From Erysipelotrichaceae bacterium (GTDB lineage: Bacteria; Bacteroidota; Bacteroidia; Bacteroidales; Paludibacteraceae): a stretch of 47,756 nucleotides of DNA. The notes under the pieces were generated by a model. That model searched no databases and was not told the DNA's origin. It saw only the letters and a list, made by a program, of their open reading frames with translations. Positions 37,667 through 45,753 of this stretch are shown here, in pieces (within the stretch, counting starts at the first letter, position 1; each line of letters begins with the position of its first letter). A program made the position numbers and the translations under genes. The DNA lies in NCBI GenBank assembly GCA_963633255.1, contig CAVGYO010000001.1, positions 1 to 47,756 on the forward strand, written 5' to 3'.

Positions 37667-40654
37667 CTATTTGGCTATTTTATAGGTGTGTAGCCCATTT
37701 TTGTCGGCCACCTGCACAATGTAGATGCCGTGCCGCACGATGGGTACAAAGTGCTCGTTTCCGATGTTTGAGCGGTCGTAAACAATCTGCCCGCCGATGT
37801 TGTAGATGCGTATGCGTGCGTTTTCGGTTGCGCCCGCAATGCCAATTCCGCTGCCGTTTGCCCAAATGGTGAGCGCATTGTCAGCGATTTCGGTTATTTT
37901 TACATCAATTTCGGGGTCGTCGTTCAGCGGCTCTGGCACAATGTTGGTGTGCGGGTCGTGCATGAGCGTGGTGTCGGTGCGCACGCAAATCTCGTTCGAG
38001 TAGTCCGATATGTAGCCGTGGCGTGTGGCGCGCAGGCGGTAGCGGTATTCGGTGAGTGTGTCGAGCCCTTCGACCCACCAACCTTCGTACCAAGGTTCGT
38101 TTTGCTTCACAAAAATGGTCTCTTCGGGCGTGTAGGTTGCCGACACATCGTCAAGCGTTACCGAACCATAGACTTTGAATGTGTAGATCCAGCGGAACTG
38201 TTTGAACCCATCTTCGTAGGCAAATTTGTAGTCTGGATATTTTTTGTCGGTGGTGCTGTCGGCGCGCAGTGTGTCGATGTTTAGCCATTCGCTGCCATTG
38301 TAGCCGTCGAGCGTGAGCGTGGCAATGCTATCGCCGTTGCCTTTGGCTTTTTTGTAGCCCCAGCGGTACATAAACGACAGATTTTTGACAACACCATTGT
38401 ATGGTTTTGTAACCAATGTGTCGAGTATAGGCGTTGCATTTTTGAGCTTTTCTCCTTGGAACGATACACATGGAGTTGCTACACCGCAAGCCGAGGCGCT
38501 GGAACTTGTTCCTGTTATTCCAAACTGCCAGCCAGCCGCTTCGAGCGAGGCTTTGTCGGTAACGAGCTTGTCGAATCCTTCGGTTTCGGTGGTATCGTTG
38601 GCGTGCGTAATAATTTTGTAGATGTCAATCAGATATTCTTGCACATTCGGCACACTTTCCCACAGCGGTTCAAAGGCATCGCCCTCGATGTTGTTGGGGT
38701 CGAGCGCAATGGGCGCAGGCAGAACATCGGTAGTGAAGCGCACGGCGTTCACAGTGGGCGTGTTGGTCGCGTCCATGGCTGTGATGCGGTAGGTGTACTT
38801 GGTGCCTGGTGCAAGGTTGAGAATGCGGCATGTGGCAACATTGCCCACCTCTTGTTGTTTGACAATGTATTGCGTTGGCGCGCCTGTCATGGTGTGCTTG
38901 TCCAGATCGGTGTAGTAGTCGGTGGCGAATTTCTCCCACTCGTCCCAATCGAACGACGGCGTAGGTCCATTGACGGTGGCTTTGCGGCGCAGCGTTACAT
39001 TGGCACCCCATTTTTTCGGATTGTTCGCCTCGCCCAGCATATCTATCTGTATGCCGCTGTGGTAGAGCGCAACAGCATCGTCACCGTTGAACGACAGCAG
39101 CGTTTTCTGGTCCGTGCTTGTTTCGCCGCATATTTTGTTGGCGAGTGCTTTTATCGCGTCGCTTGCGCCATAGTGTGCCAATACATACACGCTGCCGTTG
39201 GCCAATGTGCCGCTCAACACAAGGTTGGTGTCGCTCTTGAACGAGCCAACACCGTCGTTTTGCTTGCGCAGTTCGTATTTCGACAAATCGACTGCCGCGC
39301 CTGTGCCGTTGTAGATGGCGATGGCTTTGTTGAAGCCCGAACCCTCGATGTAGTACGAGAAGAAGAGGTCGCTGGCCTTCTCGCCGCCTTGGTACACATC
39401 TACTTTGTAGCCTGCGGCATCGGCTTTGGGCATCCAGTTGAGTCGCGCCTCGGTGGCGGAAACATCGCTGGCGGGCAGGGTCATAAATTCGTCGGTAACG
39501 CTGGCGCGCAGCCCGATTTTCACCGCTTCGGTCAAGCCGCCGCCCGAAATGACGATGGTGTCGCTATATTCGCCCGTTTCCGATGCATCGAAAGTGAGCG
39601 TTATCTTCTCTTGGTTCAGCGCCTCTTCTTTGGTGATTTTGCTCTTCGAAAGGGCGAACGCTTTGGTGCCGTCCTGAATTTTGAGCGTTAAGTCGCTGTT
39701 GAGGTTCAAGCCTTCGACGGTGAAACTGGTGCTTTGGTTGTTGCCTTCCATCACTACGCCAAAATTGAAGCGATCCCAGCGCGTGGGCGATACCAAAAAT
39801 GGTTTGTCGGTTTCGGGTGCGTCGAACTTTTCTCCCTGTTTATTGCCCCAAATCAGTTCCACCAAATCGGGACAATCGATAAACGGATTGCGGTTGCCCT
39901 GTATTTTATAAACCTCTTCTTGGCGGTCGCGCTCTTTTTGGCTCACGGGGTCGGCGCGGTGCCACGCCAGCAGCAGTTCGAGTGCCCACGGTTTCCACAC
40001 GGGATAGGTGTTGTTGTCCATCATGGGCGACTGCCAAAGGTTCTGTTCGCCGAACTTTTCGTAGGCGGTGACCACATAGAAGTAGGCGCGCGCAAAATCG
40101 CCTTTATACTGGTCGGCTGGCTCGAAGCAATTGCCCGAATAGTCGCTCGCACGGAAGGTGTTTTGTCCCACTTTGCTCACACCGTTGTCGCTTGTAGCCG
40201 TGCCAACAATGCCGAGTGGCAGGTCGTTTTTTGCCGAGTTGATTCTCCCTTCGGCAGGGAATAGGTGGTTCAAATCTTTGTACGAATTGTACATGGCGCC
40301 GCCCCACCACGATTTTGGCAGCGCGTGTTCGATGTGCATGCCGCTCACGCTCATGAAAGTGGGCGTGCCGTCGATGTAGGGGAATTTGAATGTTTCGTTC
40401 GAATACATGTCGATGACCGAACTGTCGGCGGCGTTGCGGTCGGTGTAGTAGAAACCTTCCCAAGTGGTGTTTGGGCCGCCGCTGCTGTTGTAGGGCAAAA
40501 ATCGCCCGTTCGAGATGATTTGGCTGAGTGCCGTTTTCAATGCCTCTTGCGTTAGGTCGTCGGCTTTGTAGTAGTAGCCCACAGGAATTTCGGCAAATAG
40601 TCCGAAAATAGTAAACGCCCCAACGAGGCAGGCTGCAAATAGTCGCTTCTTCAT
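37667..40654 (-). CDS. T9SS-secreted multidomain nuclease: endonuclease I family + FN3/Ig-like + lamin-tail domain (LTD) + Por-type CTD
   Basis: Signal peptide MKKRLFAACLVGAFTIFGLFA. Endonuclease I motif MHIEHALPKSWWGG (rc of 40304-40339). LTD-like segment DLFFSYYIEGSGFNKAIAIYNGTGAAVDLSKYEL...FNGDDAVALY. FN3-like segment SATEARLNWMPKADAAGYKVDVY. C-terminus ARIRIYNIGGQIVYDR...HGIYIVQVADKNGLHTYKIAK. Confidence 0.92.
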   Translation of the reverse strand: MKKRLFAACLVGAFTIFGLFAEIPVGYYYKADDLTQEALKTALSQIISNGRFLPYNSSGGPNTTWEGFYYTDRNAADSSVIDMYSNETFKFPYIDGTPTFMSVSGMHIEHALPKSWWGGAMYNSYKDLNHLFPAEGRINSAKNDLPLGIVGTATSDNGVSKVGQNTFRASDYSGNCFEPADQYKGDFARAYFYVVTAYEKFGEQNLWQSPMMDNNTYPVWKPWALELLLAWHRADPVSQKERDRQEEVYKIQGNRNPFIDCPDLVELIWGNKQGEKFDAPETDKPFLVSPTRWDRFNFGVVMEGNNQSTSFTVEGLNLNSDLTLKIQDGTKAFALSKSKITKEEALNQEKITLTFDASETGEYSDTIVISGGGLTEAVKIGLRASVTDEFMTLPASDVSATEARLNWMPKADAAGYKVDVYQGGEKASDLFFSYYIEGSGFNKAIAIYNGTGAAVDLSKYELRKQNDGVGSFKSDTNLVLSGTLANGSVYVLAHYGASDAIKALANKICGETSTDQKTLLSFNGDDAVALYHSGIQIDMLGEANNPKKWGANVTLRRKATVNGPTPSFDWDEWEKFATDYYTDLDKHTMTGAPTQYIVKQQEVGNVATCRILNLAPGTKYTYRITAMDATNTPTVNAVRFTTDVLPAPIALDPNNIEGDAFEPLWESVPNVQEYLIDIYKIITHANDTTETEGFDKLVTDKASLEAAGWQFGITGTSSSASACGVATPCVSFQGEKLKNATPILDTLVTKPYNGVVKNLSFMYRWGYKKAKGNGDSIATLTLDGYNGSEWLNIDTLRADSTTDKKYPDYKFAYEDGFKQFRWIYTFKVYGSVTLDDVSATYTPEETIFVKQNEPWYEGWWVEGLDTLTEYRYRLRATRHGYISDYSNEICVRTDTTLMHDPHTNIVPEPLNDDPEIDVKITEIADNALTIWANGSGIGIAGATENARIRIYNIGGQIVYDRSNIGNEHFVPIVRHGIYIVQVADKNGLHTYKIAK

Positions 40655-40678
40655 AGTATTTGGTATTTAGGGTTAAGT

Positions 40679-41356
40679 TTACTTCTTTTTGGCCAGCGCG
40701 CACACCGACAGCAGCGTGTACCAAACGATGATGTAGGGCAGCGCATTTTGCCGTAGCACGCCACCGAGAATCGCTGTGCCGCCAATGAAAATCCAGCGGA
40801 CTTCGTTACCTTTCCAGCCGAATGTCTTGAATTTGAGCGAAAACATCGGCAGTTCGCATATCAGCAGGAAACAGGAGAGTGCCACCATCAGCAGAATAGC
40901 CCACGGATAGTGCATTGCCAGTTCGGTGTCGTGGTACGAGTAGGACAAACCGACCCAAAAAAGGGCGTTGGCTGGCGTGGCAAGCCCGATAAACGACGAT
41001 GTTTGCCGCTCGTCGAGGTTGAATTTGGCCAAGCGCAGTGCCGAAAATGCCACCATCAGCAGCGCAAAATAGGCCGACCACTCCCATTCACCGACTTTGA
41101 GCAGCGAAAATGCCGCCATGCTCGGCGCAAAACCAAAACTGATAAGGTCGGCCAGCGAGTCGAGTTCCTTGCCAATGCCCGACGAAACGCCCAGCAGGCG
41201 CGCCGAAAAACCATCGAAAAAATCGAAGGTGGCTGCCAGCAAAACAAGCAGCACTGTCAGCCCGTAGCGACCGTTGTAGGCCGCCATCACAGCCACTGTT
41301 CCCGATAGCAAATTGAGGCAAGTTATGGTGTTTGGAATGTGCTTTTTTATACTCAT
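40679..41356 (-). CDS. pssA: CDP-diacylglycerol--serine O-phosphatidyltransferase
   Basis: Translation MSIKKHIPNTITCLNLLSG...DFFDGFSARLLGVSSGIGKELDSLADLISFG (CDP-alcohol phosphatidyltransferase motif D-G-x2-A-R-x8-G-x3-D-x3-D). The start was moved to the cat at 41354-41356. Confidence 0.93.
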   Translation of the reverse strand: MSIKKHIPNTITCLNLLSGTVAVMAAYNGRYGLTVLLVLLAATFDFFDGFSARLLGVSSGIGKELDSLADLISFGFAPSMAAFSLLKVGEWEWSAYFALLMVAFSALRLAKFNLDERQTSSFIGLATPANALFWVGLSYSYHDTELAMHYPWAILLMVALSCFLLICELPMFSLKFKTFGWKGNEVRWIFIGGTAILGGVLRQNALPYIIVWYTLLSVCALAKKK

Positions 41357-41382
41357 GGTCGTTTTGTCTCTTTTTGAAAAAG

Positions 41383-41390
41383 CAAAGGTA
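41383..41390 (-). promoter_or_regulatory. Candidate -7 box (TACCTTTG) for pssA and the nuclease gene
   Basis: The rc of caaaggta at 41383-41390 is TACCTTTG, 27 nt upstream of the pssA ATG. No well-spaced -33 TTTG was found. Confidence 0.4.
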
Positions 41391-41444
41391 CAACAAAAAA
41401 ATAGCATTACCTACTTTTTTTGTCAAAAAAAATGCTAAAAAAAT

Positions 41445-41475
41445 TTTGTAGTGTCGAAAAATGTTTGTACCTTTG
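41445..41475 (+). promoter_or_regulatory. Bacteroidetes-type promoter for tRNA-fMet
   Basis: TTTG at 41445-41448, a 19-nt spacer, then TACCTTTG at 41468-41475. The tRNA starts at 41489. Confidence 0.6.
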
Positions 41476-41488
41476 CACCCGAAATCAT

Positions 41489-41560
<72 letters not shown>

Positions 41561-41612
41561 CTAATTGAAAACCAGCCGTTTGACGATTATCAAGTGGCTG
41601 ATTTTTTTGTAA

Positions 41613-42011
41613 ATGAAACGCACTGTTTATTTTGTTCTGCTATTGCTTGCACTGTTGGCGTGCAAGCGCAAAAACGAGGTTTCGTACGACTCTATCGAGG
41701 GGCGTTGGTACCTCTACGCCGCCTATCGTGCTGGTCATAACACCGATATTTTGCCGTTTGCGCACATGTGTGGCTACGACTGCATCGACGATATGGAACT
41801 GCTGGTTGGTGCCGACACTTTTGCCATTACTGGCGCAGGTGCTTGCGACGATTTGACCATGCACGGCACTTACACCATGTCGGCCGATGCCATTACCGCC
41901 TACGACGACGATGGCGACCCTGTGCCGTTCAGTTTCGACGGTGGTGTGCTTTCTACTATGGTGGAAATCGATGTGCTTGGCGATGTCGAATTGCGTTTTC
42001 AAAAAAAATAA
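41613..42011 (+). CDS. Small lipoprotein, lipocalin-like (132 aa)
   Basis: Lipobox LLALLAC at MKRTVYFVLLLLALLAC|K, and a GRWYLY motif typical of lipocalin-like lipoproteins. Confidence 0.7.
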   Translation: MKRTVYFVLLLLALLACKRKNEVSYDSIEGRWYLYAAYRAGHNTDILPFAHMCGYDCIDDMELLVGADTFAITGAGACDDLTMHGTYTMSADAITAYDDDGDPVPFSFDGGVLSTMVEIDVLGDVELRFQKK

Positions 42012-42021
42012 GTCGGTGCGT

Positions 42022-43071
42022 ATGCGTCCAAAAATCATCATCGACGATTTTATCCCATATATAAAGGGTGTGTTCGAGCCAGTGGCCGATGTGGTCTATC
42101 TGCCGCCGCAGGCTTTCACGCCGCAGGCTGTGCAGCACGCCGATGCGTTGGTGGTGCGCACGCGTACTCGCTGCAATGGCGCATTGCTGGCCGATTCGGC
42201 AGTCAAATTTATTGCTACAGCCACTATCGGTTACGACCATATCGATGCGCAATTTTGTGCCGAACACGGCATTGTTTGGACGAATGCGGCGGGTTGCAAT
42301 GCCTCGTCGGTGGCGCAGTATGTGGCTTCGGCCTTGTGCGTGTGGGCGCACGCCACTCGGTGCGACTTACGCACGCTGACGCTCGGCATTGTTGGCGTTG
42401 GGCATGTGGGGCGCGAAGTGCTAAAAACGGCTAATCTCTTGGGAATGAGCGTTTTACAAAACGACCCCGTGCGTGCTGCCGCCGAAATGGCGACCGATTT
42501 TGTGTCGCTCGACACGGTGGCTGCCCAAGCCGATGTCATCACCTTTCACACGCCTTTGACGCACAGCGGTCGCTATGCTACCTACCATTTGGCTGATGCC
42601 GATTTTTTTGCAAAATGTGTGCGGAAACCATTGATAATCAACGCTGCGCGCGGCGGTGTAGTCGACGAGCAGGCGTTGAAACAGGCACTGCGGTGTGGTC
42701 GTGTGGCGGCGTGTGTGGTCGATTGTTGGGAAAACGAGCCGCATATCGACCGCGAACTGCTCGATTTGTCGCTGTTGGCCACGCCGCACATTGCGGGCTA
42801 CTCGGCCGACGGCAAAGCCACTGCCACCGCCATGAGCGTGCGGGCGGTCAGTCGCTTTTTTGGCTTAGGATTGGACGATTTCTGTGTGTCGCAACTGCCG
42901 CCGAAGCCCGTTTGCCGCTGCACTTACAGCGCATTGCCGCAAAAAATGGTCGAAAACTACGACATTCGCCGCGACGATGCCGCCTTGCGCCGCCAACCCG
43001 ATGGTTTTGAGCAGTTGCGGAGCGGCTATCCGTTGCGCCGCGAAGCGGATTATCTGATTGAAAATCAGTAA
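42022..43071 (+). CDS. pdxB: 4-phosphoerythronate dehydrogenase-like D-2-hydroxyacid dehydrogenase
   Basis: Translation MRPKIIIDDFIPYIKGVFEP...LGIVGVGHVGREV (NAD-binding GxGxxG)...HIAGYS. The ATG at 42022 was chosen because the track start at 41887 overlaps the lipoprotein gene. Confidence 0.8.
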   Translation: MRPKIIIDDFIPYIKGVFEPVADVVYLPPQAFTPQAVQHADALVVRTRTRCNGALLADSAVKFIATATIGYDHIDAQFCAEHGIVWTNAAGCNASSVAQYVASALCVWAHATRCDLRTLTLGIVGVGHVGREVLKTANLLGMSVLQNDPVRAAAEMATDFVSLDTVAAQADVITFHTPLTHSGRYATYHLADADFFAKCVRKPLIINAARGGVVDEQALKQALRCGRVAACVVDCWENEPHIDRELLDLSLLATPHIAGYSADGKATATAMSVRAVSRFFGLGLDDFCVSQLPPKPVCRCTYSALPQKMVENYDIRRDDAALRRQPDGFEQLRSGYPLRREADYLIENQ

Positions 43072-43113
43072 GAAGCGTAAATTTTTCAAAAAAATAGTCA
43101 ATTTGGAGAAAAA

Positions 43114-43914
43114 GTGGAACTTTTCGAGAAAATAGCGCGCAAAGTCAATGCTGCACTCAAAAATTACGCCCTGATAGCCGACGGCGATAAAATTCTCATC
43201 GGACTTTCGGGCGGCAAGGACTCGCTGGCGTTGGTGGAGTTTTTGAGCGAGCGCGCCAAAATCTACAAGCCGCGTTTTTCGGTGGTGGCGGCACATATTT
43301 CGGTCGAAAATGTACCCTACCAGTCCGATTTGTCCTACCTCGACGACTTTTGTCGCCAGCACGGCGTGCCGTTTGTTCATCGCACCACCAAATTCGATGC
43401 CTCGACCGACCCACGCAAGTCGCACTGTTTTCTCTGTTCGTGGAATCGGCGAAAGGCGTTATTCGCTGTGGCAGAGGAACTTGGCTGCAACAAAATTGCT
43501 CTTGGCCACCACCGCGACGATATGCTCGAAACGCTGTTGATGAACCAGATTTTTCAGGGTGCGTTCGCTTCGATGCCGCCCAAACTGCGCATGGACAAGT
43601 TCGATATGACCATCATTCGTCCCTTGGCCGATGTGCGCGAAGCCGATTTGCAGGCGTTGGCGGTGCAGCGTGGCTATCGGAAGCAGATAAAAAACTGCCC
43701 CTACGAACGCGACTCGCACCGCAGCGATGTACGCCGCCTGCTCGAAGCCATGGAACGCCTCAACCCCAACGCCGCCTCGTCGCTCTGGAACAGCATGCAA
43801 CATGTGCAGCCGCAGTATTTGCCTCAAAAAGTCGCAAGATGTGAGTCGCAAGTAGCAAGAAAAGTGAGGAGTGAGGAATTAGGAGTGAGGAGTGATGCGG
43901 CGAAGCCGCAATGA
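43114..43914 (+). CDS. ttcA: PP-loop ATPase, TtcA-like tRNA 2-thiocytidine synthetase; C-terminal ~27 aa encoded by a repeat element
   Basis: GTG start. SGGKDS PP-loop and CFLCSWNRR (CxxC). The tail [27 protein letters not shown] and the TGA stop lie inside repeat copy B. Confidence 0.82.
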   Translation: MELFEKIARKVNAALKNYALIADGDKILIGLSGGKDSLALVEFLSERAKIYKPRFSVVAAHISVENVPYQSDLSYLDDFCRQHGVPFVHRTTKFDASTDPRKSHCFLCSWNRRKALFAVAEELGCNKIALGHHRDDMLETLLMNQIFQGAFASMPPKLRMDKFDMTIIRPLADVREADLQALAVQRGYRKQIKNCPYERDSHRSDVRRLLEAMERLNPNAASSLWNSMQHVQPQYLPQKVARCESQVARKVRSEELGVRSDAAKPQ

Positions 43915-43918
43915 CAAT
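43830..43918 (+). repeat. Dispersed intergenic repeat element, copy B (complete)
   Basis: Layout: agtcgcaagatgtgagtcgcaagtagcaaga, then (GTGAGGA/ATTAGGA) heptads, then hairpin TGCGGC-gaa-GCCGCA (43896-43910), then atgacaat. The 36-nt core at 43875-43910 is identical to copies A and C. Confidence 0.88.
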
Positions 43919-43920
43919 TA

Positions 43921-43948
43921 GTAGCAAGTAGCAAGTAGCAAGTAGCAA
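43921..43948 (+). repeat. Tandem heptamer array (GTAGCAA)x4
   Basis: Four perfect units read directly. The same heptamer occurs in the 5' part of all three element copies, and the array continues ...gtagcaagaca as in copies A and C, so this may be the 5' stub of a second, tandem element. Confidence 0.9.
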
Positions 43949-43961
43949 GACATTGATAATT

Positions 43962-43988
43962 ATTTGAAAATTTGAAGATTTGAAGATT
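43962..43988 (+). repeat. Tandem octamer array (ATTTGAAG)x3 plus partial
   Basis: Reads atttgaaa atttgaag atttgaag att. Confidence 0.85.
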
Positions 43989-44014
43989 ATTGCGACATTG
44001 TTGATACCGACAAC

Positions 44015-44050
44015 TAGAAATTAGAAATCTAGAAATTAGAAATTAGAAAT
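44015..44050 (+). repeat. Tandem heptamer array (TAGAAAT)x5
   Basis: Reads tagaaat tagaaat c tagaaat tagaaat tagaaat. Confidence 0.9.
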
Positions 44051-44072
44051 TAACGCCAATGCGTTAAACCGA

Positions 44073-44103
44073 TCAACCAATCAACCAATCAACCAATCAA
44101 CCA
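44073..44103 (+). repeat. Tandem octamer array (TCAACCAA)x4
   Basis: Three perfect units plus tcaacca. Confidence 0.9.
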
Positions 44104-44109
44104 GAAATC

Positions 44110-44141
44110 GCTTCAACGCTTCAACAGTTCAACGCTTCAAC
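44110..44141 (+). repeat. Tandem octamer array (GCTTCAAC)x4
   Basis: Reads gcttcaac gcttcaac agttcaac gcttcaac. Confidence 0.9.
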
Positions 44142-44142
44142 G

Positions 44143-44166
44143 ATTAAACAATTAAACAATTAAACA
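44143..44166 (+). repeat. Tandem octamer array (ATTAAACA)x3
   Basis: Three perfect units. Confidence 0.9.
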
Positions 44167-44170
44167 GAAC

Positions 44171-44203
44171 TTTGCACACTTTCAAACTTTTTTCGTATCT
44201 TTG
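44171..44203 (+). promoter_or_regulatory. Bacteroidetes-type promoter for serS
   Basis: TTTG at 44171-44174, a 21-nt spacer, then TATCTTTG at 44196-44203. The ATG is at 44243. Confidence 0.6.
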
Positions 44204-44242
44204 CAGGTTGATTGAACGACGAGATTTTTATTGCAAAACAAT

Positions 44243-45520
44243 ATGCTTACACTCAAACAAATTATCGGAAACCGCGACGAGGTGGTTCGTCGTCTGGGGA
44301 AAAAACATTTTGCGCCAGCGGCCGAAATGATTGACCAAGTGATAGCCGACGATGCCGACCGCCGCGCCGCCCAAAAAGAGTTAGACGCCAAACTGGCACA
44401 AATCAACCAACTGTCGAAATCGATAGGCGGACTGATGCAACAAGGCAAAAAAGCCGAAGCCGAACAAGCCAAAGCCGAAGTGGCAGCACTGAAAGATGCC
44501 ACAAAACAACTGTCGGCACAGATGGAAGAGAAAGAGAACGCCATGCGCGACCTGCTGCTGCAAATTCCTAATCTGCCCAAAGAGAGCGTGCCAGAAGGCA
44601 CTTGCGCCGACGACAATGTGGTAGAAAAAATGGGCGGCGAAATGCCCAAATTCGACGGATTCGAACCGCTGCCACACTGGGAGTTGGCAAAAAAATACGA
44701 CCTTATCGATTTTGAACTTGGCGTGAAAATTTCGGGCGCAGGATTCCCCGTGTACAAAGGACTTGGCGCACGCTTGCAACGCGCACTCATCAACTTTTTC
44801 CTCGACGAGGCGCGCGCCGCTGGCTATCTCGAAATTATGCCGCCAACGGTGGTGAATGCGGCTTCGGGGTACGGCACTGGTCAACTGCCCGACAAAGAGG
44901 GGCAGATGTATCACGCCGAGGTGGACGATCTCTACCTGATTCCTACCGCCGAAGTGCCTGTAACGAACATCTACCGCAATGTGATTCTGAACGAAAAAGA
45001 CCTGCCGATAAAAAATTGCGCCTACACGCAGTGCTTCCGCCGCGAGGCTGGCTCGTATGGCAAAGATGTGCGCGGGCTGAACCGTCTGCACGAGTTCTCG
45101 AAAATCGAAATTGTGCGCATCGATACGCCCGAACACAGCGAAGAGTCGCACCGCGAAATGCTGGCGCATGTCGAAGGACTGCTCAAAAAACTGGAACTGC
45201 CCTACCGCATTTTGCGCCTCTGTGGCGGCGATATGAGTTTCACCGCTGCACTCTGCTTCGATTTCGAAACATTCTCGGCAGCACAAAAACGCTGGCTCGA
45301 AGTCAGTTCCGTGTCGAATTTCGAGGCATATCAGGCCAACCGCTTGAAGTGCCGCTACAAAACCGCCGACGGCAAAACCGAACTTTGCCACACGCTCAAC
45401 GGATCGGCATTGGCACTGCCGCGCATCGTGGCTACCATACTCGAAAACAACCAAACGCCCGACGGCATTCGTGTGCCGAAAGTGCTGGTGCCTTACATGG
45501 GCTGCGAAATCATCAAGTGA
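44243..45520 (+). CDS. serS: Seryl-tRNA synthetase
   Basis: Translation MLTLKQIIGNRDEVVRRL... with an N-terminal coiled coil; class II motifs ...FRREAGSYGKDVRGLNRLHEF...GSALALPR. The ATG at 44243 is preferred to the TTG at 44231. Confidence 0.96.
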   Translation: MLTLKQIIGNRDEVVRRLGKKHFAPAAEMIDQVIADDADRRAAQKELDAKLAQINQLSKSIGGLMQQGKKAEAEQAKAEVAALKDATKQLSAQMEEKENAMRDLLLQIPNLPKESVPEGTCADDNVVEKMGGEMPKFDGFEPLPHWELAKKYDLIDFELGVKISGAGFPVYKGLGARLQRALINFFLDEARAAGYLEIMPPTVVNAASGYGTGQLPDKEGQMYHAEVDDLYLIPTAEVPVTNIYRNVILNEKDLPIKNCAYTQCFRREAGSYGKDVRGLNRLHEFSKIEIVRIDTPEHSEESHREMLAHVEGLLKKLELPYRILRLCGGDMSFTAALCFDFETFSAAQKRWLEVSSVSNFEAYQANRLKCRYKTADGKTELCHTLNGSALALPRIVATILENNQTPDGIRVPKVLVPYMGCEIIK

Positions 45521-45710
45521 ATGTGAATAAAAATGGCGAAATCAATCAGTTAAAGAGTTAAAAATGGACATTAGTTAGAGCGCATTTTCTCCGAAGATTT
45601 TGAGCGTTTTTTTAGAAGTTTGACGCACTCGCTCATTGCCATATATTTCGCCTTCTACTTTTTGTTGAAAAAAAAGTGTCGTAACGGCTTGATTTAGTAA
45701 ATTTTTTTAC

Positions 45711-45718
45711 TATTTTTG
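45711..45718 (+). promoter_or_regulatory. Candidate -7 box (TATTTTTG) for mreB
   Basis: Matches TAnnTTTG, 35 nt upstream of the mreB ATG. The -33 is only a partial match (cTTG at 45688-45691). Confidence 0.4.
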
Positions 45719-45753
45719 TCGCTTGAAAATTACAAAAAAAACCAAAAAACAGA

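Noticed and set aside
43864-43898. GAG/UAG triplets with regular spacing in the element, which resemble a TRAP-type RNA-binding site.
   Set aside because: The period here is 7 nt (4-nt spacers), not the 2-3-nt spacers of TRAP sites. TRAP is a Bacillus-lineage protein, and no candidate binding protein is visible in this window. I keep this only as a general possibility of a periodic RNA or DNA-binding partner.
43895-43921. A mini-ORF, MRRSRNDN, starting at the ATG inside the element hairpin and preceded by AGGAG motifs.
   Set aside because: The spacing from AGGAG to the ATG is only 2 nt. The reading frame and stop are not conserved in copy A (MRRSRRQ... runs off the window). Eight codons with no other support are not enough to call a gene.
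43921-44166. A possible CRISPR array.
   Set aside because: The units are 7-8 nt and directly abutting, with no spacers. Each array uses a different unit. There are no cas genes in the window.
45521-45753. A possible intrinsic terminator downstream of serS.
   Set aside because: There is a T-run (gagcgttttttt, about 45602-45613) but I could not fold a convincing stem upstream of it by eye, so I left it unannotated.
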